Positions 32,583-41,966 of a stretch of 64,000 nt of DNA are shown in pieces. The position numbers and the translations under genes were made by a program. Each line of letters opens with the position of its first letter. Position 1 is the stretch's first letter. The notes beneath the pieces were generated by a model that was not told the DNA's origin, did no database searches, and saw only the letters and a list, made by a program, of their open reading frames with translations. The DNA comes from Candidatus Buchananbacteria bacterium CG10_big_fil_rev_8_21_14_0_10_33_19 (lineage in GTDB: Bacteria; Patescibacteriota; Patescibacteriia; 2-01-FULL-39-33): positions 218,221 to 282,220 of the forward strand of contig PEZY01000005.1 of NCBI GenBank assembly GCA_002773855.1, written 5' to 3'.

Positions 32583-32616
32583 AAACCCGCCCCGATACAA
32601 TATCGGAGCGGGTTTT
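32583..32616. terminator. Bidirectional terminator after FadL-like gene
   Basis: aaacccgc.ccgata...tatcgg.gcgggtttt. Confidence 0.8.
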
Positions 32617-32620
32617 ATTT

Positions 32621-32941
32621 TTATTTTTTCATTTTTTTATCAGCTAATTGCTTACTCAATTTAACCACCTCATCAAAATCATCATCCTCCGAAATAATAT
32701 TTCGCTTTCTTATATCGCACCTCTCACATTCATGAACTAAAATCCAATTTTGACCCTCTTTATATAAATCCACTGGTCGCATCATACCAGCACACTCCTC
32801 GGCTCTATCACCAGGATTAATATCAACATGCTTAGACCACAAACACTGAGGACAATGGTTGGTATAACCAGTTCCCTTTACATTTGTACCACAATTAGCA
32901 CAAGTGAAATCTTCTCTTTTTTTAGTAAATCTTTTTGGCAT
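32621..32941 (-). CDS. RNHCP-domain zinc-binding protein
   Basis: FTCANCG, TNHCPQCLWSKHVD, PGDRA, HECERC. Confidence 0.9.
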   Translation of the reverse strand: MPKRFTKKREDFTCANCGTNVKGTGYTNHCPQCLWSKHVDINPGDRAEECAGMMRPVDLYKEGQNWILVHECERCDIRKRNIISEDDDFDEVVKLSKQLADKKMKK

Positions 32942-33044
32942 ATTAATACAGTTATATTAAATTAAATCTAATAAAAATTCAAATTAATAATTAAACTTAA
33001 TAATTACAAATAAAAAGAGAGGTGTGTTGACACCTCTCAAATTT

Positions 33045-33121
33045 TGGGGGGCACGACGGGGGTCGAACCCGTGACCTCTAGGACCACAACCTAGCGCTCT
33101 AGCCAACTGAGCTACATGCCC
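33045..33121 (-). tRNA. tRNA-His(GUG), CCA encoded
   Basis: Full cloverleaf: GGGCATG/CGTGCCC acceptor, CTAGG-TTGTGGT-CCTAG anticodon arm, TTCGA T-loop, C73-CCA. Confidence 0.97.
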
Positions 33122-33135
33122 GTATTATTAAAGAC

Positions 33136-34557
33136 CTATTTGCCTAAACTTGATTTCAAGTTAGCAAAACACTCTTCCTTTGTCAATAACTCTTGCTTTC
33201 TGGCGTTCATATCCTTTAACTGTATTTTACCACTAGCCATTTCTTCTGGTCCAATTATTACCACAAACGGAATACTCTTTTTGGCCGCATAAGAAAATTG
33301 AGCTCTAAATGTATAATCATCACCCAAATAAAGTTCGGTATTATAACCATTCTGTTGCAACTCTTGAACCATATCCATAGAATATTTTTGTAATTCTGGA
33401 TCAAAGATAGTAACCAAAACATCGGTAACAGAATCTCGTTTATCTATTAGACCTAACTTTTGCAAAGCCACAATTAATCTATCAATGCCAACAGAAGCAC
33501 CAACTCCGGCTATATTGCTACCAGCAATAAATCTATTAGTTAAGCCATCAAAACGACCACCAGAAAAAACACTACCAATTTCTGGAATATCAGTTAGAGT
33601 AGTTTCAAATACTGGACCAGTATAATAATCCAAACCTCTGGCTACTGACAAATCAATTTTCCAATTTTTTTGAGGAATATTTAAATCGGTCAAAGCTTTA
33701 GAAATTTTTTGCAGTTCATATAATCCAGATTGTCCTAAGTCATCACTGTCACCAAAAAAATCTTGAAGTTTTACCAAAACATCATCTGATGATTCAGATT
33801 TTATTTGTAAAAAGGCAATCACTTTTTCCGCTTTGTTTTCGGTCATAGCTAGAGCCGTATCATCATACTCATTAGCGGGCTGACGCATTAATTCAGATTT
33901 AACACCAGTCAAACCAATTTTGTCTAACTTATCAATAATTCTAAATAACTCTTTTGAGTTATCCAAACAATTTACCGCTTCAGCTAGTCCATTAAGAATT
34001 TTTCGAGTATTAAATCTAATCAAGAAATTATCAATCCCCAAAGCCTTCATTGATTGATACATCACTTGAATTACTTCAATATCAGCCAAAATAGAATTGG
34101 AACCAATTATATCAAAATCAAACTGTGAAAATTCACGGTATCGACCAGCTTGTGGTCTTTCGCCTCGCCAAACTTTACCAATTTGATAACGCTTAAACGG
34201 TTTTGGTAAATCTGGATAAGCGGCAATAACTCTGGCTAGTGGCACAGTCAGATCAAATCTTAAAGTATAGTCTTGATCCCAACTGTCATTAGCAATTTTC
34301 TTGTCCTCGATACCTCTAACAATTCTAGCCAAAAAAATACTCTTATTAAAATTATCAGTATTACCCAATAAAACTTTTCTGTTTTCCATACCTGGTGTTT
34401 CCAATGGCACAAAACCAAAAGATTCATAAACTTTTCTAATGGTATCAACTACTTTTTGAGTCATCAAAGCCTCAGCTGGAAGTAAATCCCTAAATCCACC
34501 AAGTAATTCTGGCTTAATAATACTATCATTATTATTTGTTGGTTTTTCACTAGACAT
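33136..34557 (-). CDS. hisS: Histidyl-tRNA synthetase
   Basis: GFRDLLP, LRFDLTVPLAR, VWRGERPQAGRYREF, ARGLDYYTG, GGRFD. Confidence 0.97.
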   Translation of the reverse strand: MSSEKPTNNNDSIIKPELLGGFRDLLPAEALMTQKVVDTIRKVYESFGFVPLETPGMENRKVLLGNTDNFNKSIFLARIVRGIEDKKIANDSWDQDYTLRFDLTVPLARVIAAYPDLPKPFKRYQIGKVWRGERPQAGRYREFSQFDFDIIGSNSILADIEVIQVMYQSMKALGIDNFLIRFNTRKILNGLAEAVNCLDNSKELFRIIDKLDKIGLTGVKSELMRQPANEYDDTALAMTENKAEKVIAFLQIKSESSDDVLVKLQDFFGDSDDLGQSGLYELQKISKALTDLNIPQKNWKIDLSVARGLDYYTGPVFETTLTDIPEIGSVFSGGRFDGLTNRFIAGSNIAGVGASVGIDRLIVALQKLGLIDKRDSVTDVLVTIFDPELQKYSMDMVQELQQNGYNTELYLGDDYTFRAQFSYAAKKSIPFVVIIGPEEMASGKIQLKDMNARKQELLTKEECFANLKSSLGK

Positions 34558-34691
34558 GATATGGTTTTACCTTTCAGTTAAAATTATTACCTATTAATGT
34601 AAAGAGCTTTATGGTACACAAACTCTTTTTTGACTAAGTTCAGTATAAAATTTATAACAATAAAAACCATAATAGTCAACTAAGCACTAAA

Positions 34692-34846
34692 TTGACATAT
34701 TTTTATGTGTAGTCTATATTATAAAATATGATAACAAACAAAACTAACAAACCACACCATCACAGCCTTCTAATGCCTATTGAGAAGTTGGTTTAGTGTT
34801 ATATAAAATATACTTGACCATACCCTTCTCACTTGGAAGGGTTTTT
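34692..34846 (+). promoter_or_regulatory. Promoter + His-rich leader peptide + attenuator
   Basis: TTGACA-17-TATATT; uORF 34728-34796 MITNKTNKPHHHSLLMPIEKLV; mutually exclusive stems; ACCCTTC/GAAGGGT-TTTT terminator. Confidence 0.7.
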
Positions 34847-34868
34847 AAATTAAAAATATAATAAAAAA

Positions 34869-35408
34869 ATGAAAAATAGAAAACTACAAATTGGAGTCAT
34901 GGGATCAGCAGCTGATTTAAAATATTCAAAAGATATAGAACAAATAGCTCTTGAGGTTGGCAGATTAATTGCTAAAAGCGGCAACATTACAATTTATGGT
35001 GCTGAAAAAGATTATGATTCATTATCTACAGCCGCCGCCAGAGGAGCCAAAGAAGAAAATGGTATTACTGTTGGTATTACTTATGATAAAGGCAAGGAAA
35101 TTTGGGACCAAGAAAATAATACTGACGTCATAATTTGCACTGGCATGGGCCGAGGTGGTGGTCGAGAATTTGTCTTAGTAAACAGTTGTGACGCCATTAT
35201 TACAATCTCTGGTGGGTCTGGCACGCTAACAGAAATAGCTATTGCCTATCAAGCTAATATTCCGATTATTGCCATTACTGGTACTGATGGCTGGAGCGAC
35301 AAACTAGCCAATGAATTTTTAGACAGTCGTAAAAGAGTTTTAGTAACTGCTGCTAAAACTCCTCAAGAAGCCGTAGACACTTGTCTTGAAATATTAAACA
35401 AAAAATAA
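34869..35408 (+). CDS. LOG/SLOG family protein (TIGR00725-like)
   Basis: IGVMGS, GRLIA, TG.G..R, DAII.ISGGSGTLTEI. Confidence 0.85.
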   Translation: MKNRKLQIGVMGSAADLKYSKDIEQIALEVGRLIAKSGNITIYGAEKDYDSLSTAAARGAKEENGITVGITYDKGKEIWDQENNTDVIICTGMGRGGGREFVLVNSCDAIITISGGSGTLTEIAIAYQANIPIIAITGTDGWSDKLANEFLDSRKRVLVTAAKTPQEAVDTCLEILNKK

Positions 35409-35471
35409 AATTTACCAAATAAAAAACCTGCTTATTGCCTTCTGACAACAAGCAGGTATTATTTTTGTGGA

Positions 35472-36485
35472 TTAATTAATTTCATGACATACGCTAGCCA
35501 AATAATCAGTAATACAAGCATTTAGATGTGGTAATTCAGGTTGCCCAATACATATCGGGATACTGACTCGTGGATAAACACCATCTAAATCGCCAATGGT
35601 TATACGGCGACCATTCATTTGTTCTATTGTTTTAAATATTTCTAAATCTTTTTGCAAACAAAAACGAGACAGTTCAACAGCATGCTTATGTGGAATACTG
35701 GTCCACTCTGGCATTGGACAGAACGGATAAATATATGGCACAGAATATGAAGCATGATTGTAAGTATAAAATGGCAAATTATAACCATTCCAAGGAACAC
35801 CAATCACTCGACCGCAGTTAGAAATAAATGGAAAGAAATCATGATCTGGCATCCAGTCAATAAACTCTTCCATTCTTTCTATAACAATTACTTCACCATC
35901 AAACTGATTCTGTAAAGCCTCAATAGCACGAGAAAATGCAAAGCCAACTACTACTGCAGCGACTTCAGCCTTACATTCCTTAAACATACCCAGAATTTCT
36001 AACAAAGTACCACCAGTAAAAGTGCCATCTTCCATTAATATAATGGGGTTGTCACGACAGCTATTAGTAATATCTCTAATTTGCTCTTTTAAGCCGGAGT
36101 AACCGGGGCGAGGTCCCAAGCCAATAATATTTCCAGAACGATTTACTAAACGATTAATATCAATAGTTTGCCCACGCTTGAGACCGGCTATTTCCACACA
36201 TGTACTGACAACTACTGCATCTTTGAGATGCTTACGATGATCCAAAGCTGTGGTCAATATTTCATCAGCCAAAGCTTCCATCGTCACTGCCCGTACATTG
36301 GCGCCAGGAAAAGAATCATTAACTATTCGAATAATACCATCTTTAATATCAGTATAAATAGCGGCATCGACATCGGGGGTTTTTAAACCAATAGACCTAA
36401 ACAACTTAACTTTTTTTGCTAAATCAAACGTTAAAATATAGGTTTTATTTTTCTTTAATTCATGACCAGGCTCACCATTTTTCAT
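35472..36485 (-). CDS. Hypothetical protein with type I phosphoribosyltransferase-like motif
   Basis: IILMEDGTFTGGTL resembles the PRPP-binding loop. Confidence 0.6.
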   Translation of the reverse strand: MKNGEPGHELKKNKTYILTFDLAKKVKLFRSIGLKTPDVDAAIYTDIKDGIIRIVNDSFPGANVRAVTMEALADEILTTALDHRKHLKDAVVVSTCVEIAGLKRGQTIDINRLVNRSGNIIGLGPRPGYSGLKEQIRDITNSCRDNPIILMEDGTFTGGTLLEILGMFKECKAEVAAVVVGFAFSRAIEALQNQFDGEVIVIERMEEFIDWMPDHDFFPFISNCGRVIGVPWNGYNLPFYTYNHASYSVPYIYPFCPMPEWTSIPHKHAVELSRFCLQKDLEIFKTIEQMNGRRITIGDLDGVYPRVSIPICIGQPELPHLNACITDYLASVCHEIN

Positions 36486-36606
36486 TAGATTGTCTCCTGT
36501 TGGGTTGAGTTATAAAAAACTAATATAGATTATAAATGCACTAACTTGCCTAAATATTATAATAATAGTGATTTTAAGTCAAATCAAAATATAACCAATA
36601 AAATAC

Positions 36607-36898
36607 TTGACATTTTTTAGTCAATATGCTAAAGTTTTTACAGCTAAATAACAACCTGCACAGCTAAGAGGTCTGTTGCTAAATACGCTTTTGAAGCTAA
36701 ATTTATCAGATTTTAAGGCAGATTTTCTTAACAAATTTTGAGGCCTAGCGACCAAGCTAAGATGAAAAATTTTTAAGAAAATATGGCCAAAATATGAAAA
36801 TTATAGCCAAAATGGTATTTAATAATAGACCTCTATAATAATTAATAAAAAGCAGGACTTCTGGCCAATAGCGCCAGCGGTTAACACATCTAAAAACA
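36607..36898 (+). promoter_or_regulatory. rpsA promoter and long structured leader
   Basis: TTGACA-17-TAAAGT; nested long-range stems; repeated GCYAA motifs. Confidence 0.6.
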
Positions 36899-38134
36899 AT
36901 GACTACTGAAGTTAAACAAGACTCAGAATTTAAGAAGCTGCTTGAAGACAAGCAGTATTTTAATTTGCCAAAAGTTGGTGACCTAGTAAAAGGTACTATT
37001 ATCTCTGCTAGTAAAAATGAAGTTCATATTGATATGGGCGGTACTTTTACCGGACTAGTTCGTGGTAAAGAATGTTATAGTGAATCAGAAGAATATCGTA
37101 ACCTAAAACCAGGTGATGAAGTTGAAGCCACTGTTTTAGAACCAGAAAATGAAAACGGTGAAATCGAACTTTCATTTAGATACGCTGGCCGACAGAAGGC
37201 TTGGAAAATTATTAAAGATGTTGAGGAAGACAATAAAATCACCGAAGCTATCATTACTGATGCTAATAAGGGTGGTTTAATGATCAAGGTTGGGAGCACT
37301 ATGGGCTTCTTACCAGTTTCTCAATTATCACCAGAACATTATCCTCGAGTTCCGGGTGGTGATAAAAATAGAATTTTAGAAATTCTAAAAAGCTACATTG
37401 GCCAAAAATTTGAAGTTAAAATTATTGACACTGATGAAAGTGAAGATAAATTAATTGTTTCTGAAAAGGGCGCTTGGGAAGAAACCCAAAAAGATGTAAT
37501 CAACAGATATAAAGTAGGTCAAATTGTTGAAGGTGTGGTAACTGCCGTTACTGATTTTGGTATCTTTGTCGAGTTTGATAAATTAGAAGGTTTAATTCAT
37601 ATTTCCGAAATCGCTTGGAAGAGAATTGATAATCCATCTGATTTTGTAAAAGTTGGCGAACATATTAAAGCCGAAATCATTGGTATTGAAAATTCAAAAA
37701 TCTTCCTATCAATGAAGAAATTACAAAAAGATCCTTGGGAAGGTATTGAAAAACGCTACCAGATCGGCGAAAAAGTTAAAGGTAAAGTTTTAAAAGCTAA
37801 TCCTTTTGGCTTATTTGTAGAGTTAGATGAAGATATCCATGGTTTGGCTCATATTTCTCAATTAAGCAACAAACCAATTAGCAATATCGAAGAAATTGCT
37901 AAAACTGGTGATACTGTAGAATTATATGTAGTTTCTATGGATGCAAAAAATCACCGCTTAGGCTTAAGCTTGCTAAAACCAGAACCAAAAAAGAAAGAAG
38001 AAGCAACTAGTGAAGAAAAAACTAGTGACAAAAAAACTGATAAGGCAGACGGGGCTGAAGACAAAAAAGAAAAACCAGCCAAAAAAGTTAAGGCAAAAGA
38101 AACAGCTAAAGAAGAAGCAGAAAAAACTGAATAA
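36899..38134 (+). CDS. rpsA: 30S ribosomal protein S1 (4 S1 domains, charged tail)
   Basis: ANKGGL, GFLPVSQL, FGIFV..EGLIHISE, FGLFV..GLAHISQ. Confidence 0.92.
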   Translation: MTTEVKQDSEFKKLLEDKQYFNLPKVGDLVKGTIISASKNEVHIDMGGTFTGLVRGKECYSESEEYRNLKPGDEVEATVLEPENENGEIELSFRYAGRQKAWKIIKDVEEDNKITEAIITDANKGGLMIKVGSTMGFLPVSQLSPEHYPRVPGGDKNRILEILKSYIGQKFEVKIIDTDESEDKLIVSEKGAWEETQKDVINRYKVGQIVEGVVTAVTDFGIFVEFDKLEGLIHISEIAWKRIDNPSDFVKVGEHIKAEIIGIENSKIFLSMKKLQKDPWEGIEKRYQIGEKVKGKVLKANPFGLFVELDEDIHGLAHISQLSNKPISNIEEIAKTGDTVELYVVSMDAKNHRLGLSLLKPEPKKKEEATSEEKTSDKKTDKADGAEDKKEKPAKKVKAKETAKEEAEKTE

Positions 38135-38201
38135 CTTCTAAATCTGTAATCAAAAAAATAAAACCCCAATTAACTTTGGGGTTTTATTGTTGAAATAATT
38201 A

Positions 38202-38816
38202 TTATTTTGATTTAATCATTTTAAATGATTGGTAGCCATAACTAATCAAACTTATTAAACCAGTAAAAATTCCTAAGTACAAAAACATCAACGACAACTG
38301 CAACCAAATTAGTGAATTAGAAACCACATAACAAAAAACAAACAGCACACCAATAACCTGAAAAACCATTTTACTTTTACCGGTCCAATTAGACGCTGGG
38401 ACTTTTATTTTGTGACTAGCCACTATTAAAATTACACTTTCCATCAAAATTAATATATCTATAATAATTACTACAACCAAAATTGGATAGTAAGGATAAT
38501 AAAATAATAAAAATAAAATTGATAAAATTATTAATAACTTATCAGCCAAAGGATCCAACATAGTACCGTAGTCTGATATCTGTTTTCTTTTTCTAGCTAG
38601 TGATCCATCAATGCTATCGGCTAAAGCAGCAATGCCAAAAAAAGTTAACGCCACAAAAAAATGCTGAGTAGCCAAAAAATACAAAACAAACGGAATTAAT
38701 AGCAATCTCAGAAAAGTAAAATAATTTGGTGTAATCGTCTTTGGTATAAAACCAAACAAAAATCGATTCCAAAAATCATCAATTAAATTTTTAAGCAGGT
38801 TTGACATTTTGACCAA
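38202..38816 (-). CDS. CDP-alcohol phosphatidyltransferase (PgsA-like)
   Basis: PN..T..R, DSIDGSLARK...G..LDPLADK signature. Confidence 0.92.
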   Translation of the reverse strand: MVKMSNLLKNLIDDFWNRFLFGFIPKTITPNYFTFLRLLLIPFVLYFLATQHFFVALTFFGIAALADSIDGSLARKRKQISDYGTMLDPLADKLLIILSILFLLFYYPYYPILVVVIIIDILILMESVILIVASHKIKVPASNWTGKSKMVFQVIGVLFVFCYVVSNSLIWLQLSLMFLYLGIFTGLISLISYGYQSFKMIKSK

Positions 38817-38876
38817 AAATAATTAATATATTAACTGTAGCTTACATATATTATAATAAAAAATTACATATTTGTC

Positions 38877-40691
38877 ATGAAAAAAATAACCAAACAATTC
38901 TTAATAGCTTTTCTAGTATTTTTGATCTTTGCTAGTATTTTGAGTTTTATTACTTTGCCCGCCAATAAACCGGCCAATATTAATATTACCGAGCTATTAG
39001 CTCAAATAGATGATGGCAAAATCAAATCAATTTCTGTTCGCGATAATCAATTAGACATTACTCTAAATGATGATACTAAACAGATTTTAGCCAAAGAGCC
39101 ATCTGAAAGTCTAAGCACTCTATTAAGCAACTACGAAGTTGATACTAACAAATTAAAGAATATTGCCATTGATGTTAAATCCGAAAGTGGCTTCAAATTC
39201 TGGGCTTCCATTACCCTACCATTTTTAATTCCTTTAATTTTTATCTTGGGGTTTTTCTGGTTTATGATGCGCCAAGCTCAAGGAGCTAACAACAAAGCCA
39301 TGAGCTTTGGACAAAGTCGAGCTAAGGAATTTAATCCTAACAAAAAACTAAAAACTACTTTCAAAGATGTAGCTGGTGTTAAAGAAGCTAAGAAAGAATT
39401 AGTAGAAGTCGTAGAATTCTTAAAAAACCCCAAAAAATTTCTAGCCTTGGGCGCTAAAATTCCAAAAGGTGTTTTACTTTTAGGTGCTCCTGGAACTGGT
39501 AAAACTTTACTAGCCAAAGCAGTAGCTGGCGAAGCCAATGTGCCATTTTTTTCTATTTCAGGTTCAGAGTTTGTAGAAATGTTTGTTGGTGTTGGTGCTT
39601 CTCGAGTACGTGATCTATTTAGCAAAGCTAAAAAGAATTCACCTTGTATTATATTTATTGATGAAATTGATGCGGTTGGCAGACAACGTGGCGCTGGCCT
39701 TGGCGGATCGCACGACGAAAGAGAACAGACCTTAAATCAAATATTAGTAGAGATGGATGGTTTTGATGAAAGAACAAATGTAATAGTGGTAGCTGGTACC
39801 AATAGACCTGATGTATTAGATGCCGCCCTACTGAGACCAGGTCGGTTTGATCGACGTGTTACTCTAGACATGCCAGATATTAATGACCGTGAAGCAATTC
39901 TAAAAGTTCACTCTACTAATAAGCCATTTACCAAAGACGTTGATATGCGTTTAATTGCTTCTCGAACTCCTGGCTTCTCTGGAGCAGACTTAGCCAATTT
40001 ATTAAACGAATCTGCAATTCTAGCCGCTCTAGAAAATAAAAAAGAAATTAACAACGATCATATTTTAGAAAGCATCGATAAAATTATGATCGGTCCTCAA
40101 AGAAAAAGTCATATTTTAAATGAACACGAAAAAGAAGTCACCGCTTATCATGAAGCTGGTCATGCTATTGTCGCCCACCTACTACCAAACACTGATCCTG
40201 TCAGCAAAGTGTCTATTATCGCCAGAGGTAGTGCCGCTGGCTTTACCTTAAAATTACCACTAGAAGACAAGAAGCTTCATACTAAAACTGAATTTCTAGA
40301 AGATATGGCAGTTATGCTCGCTGGCCAAACTGCCGAAAAAATTGTTTTCAATGAAATCACTACTGGAGCTCAAGGCGATCTAAGACAAGTCACTGCTTTA
40401 GCCAAACAACTTATTACCTCATATGGTATGAGCGAGAAAATGGGTCTTAGAACTTTTGGCAAAAAAGATGATATGGTTTTCTTGGGCAAAGATATTCATG
40501 AACAAAGAGATTATAGTGAAAAAACAGCTGAACAGATCGACGAAGAAATTCATCGCTTAACCGAAGATGCCAGAAAATTAGCCGAGAAAATTATCACTGA
40601 GAACCGAACCCAACTAGATAAAATAGTTGTAGCTCTAAAAGAAAAAGAAACCATCGAAGCTGAGGAATTTAAAGCTTTATTTGAAAAATAA
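38877..40691 (+). CDS. ftsH: ATP-dependent zinc metalloprotease FtsH
   Basis: Two TMs, [27 protein letters not shown]. Confidence 0.98.
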   Translation: MKKITKQFLIAFLVFLIFASILSFITLPANKPANINITELLAQIDDGKIKSISVRDNQLDITLNDDTKQILAKEPSESLSTLLSNYEVDTNKLKNIAIDVKSESGFKFWASITLPFLIPLIFILGFFWFMMRQAQGANNKAMSFGQSRAKEFNPNKKLKTTFKDVAGVKEAKKELVEVVEFLKNPKKFLALGAKIPKGVLLLGAPGTGKTLLAKAVAGEANVPFFSISGSEFVEMFVGVGASRVRDLFSKAKKNSPCIIFIDEIDAVGRQRGAGLGGSHDEREQTLNQILVEMDGFDERTNVIVVAGTNRPDVLDAALLRPGRFDRRVTLDMPDINDREAILKVHSTNKPFTKDVDMRLIASRTPGFSGADLANLLNESAILAALENKKEINNDHILESIDKIMIGPQRKSHILNEHEKEVTAYHEAGHAIVAHLLPNTDPVSKVSIIARGSAAGFTLKLPLEDKKLHTKTEFLEDMAVMLAGQTAEKIVFNEITTGAQGDLRQVTALAKQLITSYGMSEKMGLRTFGKKDDMVFLGKDIHEQRDYSEKTAEQIDEEIHRLTEDARKLAEKIITENRTQLDKIVVALKEKETIEAEEFKALFEK

Positions 40692-40710
40692 AAATAAATT
40701 TCACAAATTT

Positions 40711-40734
40711 AAAACTCCTCTGACGAGGAGTTTT
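40711..40734. terminator. Terminator after ftsH
   Basis: aaaactcctc-tgac-gaggagtttt. Confidence 0.85.
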
Positions 40735-40826
40735 ATTATACTTTCATAATTTTTTTAATTTATGTTATAATATAAGCAACTTATAAATCAATTAAGAAAT
40801 TAATAATTTTCTTAAAATAAAAATAT

Positions 40827-41861
40827 ATGATGGAGGAGACTAAATTTTATCGACCGATTCTAAAAAAGGCTTGGAATATCACTATAAAGTTTAAATCTTT
40901 ATGGTTTTTAGGTTTTTTTGCCGCTTTAGTTGGTAGTGGTGGTGAATTTGAATTATTATCGAGAATACTGTTTAATCCAACTGCTAGTAAAAATTTTATC
41001 AGTGAATCTTTTAATGGTTTCAAAGCCGGCATCCAAAATAATCTACCAATTGATGGTAATTTATGGTCAAACCTTTGGTCTGTTATCACTGGCGCCCCAA
41101 TTAATATTATCTCGGCAATTTTAGTTTTAATTGTCGCTATTATCATATCTCTATTTATAATTTGGCTAATTACTGTATCACAAGTTGGTTTGATTAAAAA
41201 CGCAGACTTAGCTACCAAAAACAAAAAATCCACTATCAATAGTGGTATTGATGCCGGTGTCGAAAACTTTTGGCCAATTTTTACAGTTAATTTAGTCTAT
41301 AAATTAATCTTGTTAATTATTTTTGTACTACTAGGCAAAGAGATATTATTACTTATAGCTATGGGGATTGTTGGCACCGTCTTACACATATTTTTATTGG
41401 TATTATTTTCTATTATTACAGTAATTATTTCATTTATTATTAGATATCAAATACTTTATATTATTCTCAAAAAAGAAAAAGCCATACCAGCCCTTAAATC
41501 TGCTTGGCAATTATTTATTACCAATTGGCTACTATCACTAGAAATGGCTTTTATTGTCTTTATTGTTTATATGATTGTTATCTATCTATCCACTTTTATT
41601 ACTGCCGTATTACTAGCCATTCCAATAGTCTTTGTAACCTACTCTACTCAAATACCAATCTTAGTTTTAATCGCCCTAGTTTTAACATCTGTTTTCGTAA
41701 TTATAACTATTACCATACTAATCACTTCCTTACTTAGTGTCTTTCAATGGTCAGCTTGGATAATATTATTCAATCAAATGACAACTGGCGAAGTTCTAAG
41801 CAAAATAGCACAGCTTTCCAATAAGTCACCAAATATTTCCAATATTTTTAACAAAAAATAA
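40827..41861 (+). CDS. Polytopic membrane protein
   Basis: Multiple long hydrophobic segments; KKAW...LW..GFFA start. Confidence 0.75.
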   Translation: MMEETKFYRPILKKAWNITIKFKSLWFLGFFAALVGSGGEFELLSRILFNPTASKNFISESFNGFKAGIQNNLPIDGNLWSNLWSVITGAPINIISAILVLIVAIIISLFIIWLITVSQVGLIKNADLATKNKKSTINSGIDAGVENFWPIFTVNLVYKLILLIIFVLLGKEILLLIAMGIVGTVLHIFLLVLFSIITVIISFIIRYQILYIILKKEKAIPALKSAWQLFITNWLLSLEMAFIVFIVYMIVIYLSTFITAVLLAIPIVFVTYSTQIPILVLIALVLTSVFVIITITILITSLLSVFQWSAWIILFNQMTTGEVLSKIAQLSNKSPNISNIFNKK

Positions 41862-41966
41862 GACTCAACTAAAAACCGCCCGAATAGGGCGGTTTTATTA
41901 TTGGTCAACTTGTAATAATAAGCCAAAAAACTTATAATTAACCTATATAAATAACTATTTACGGCT

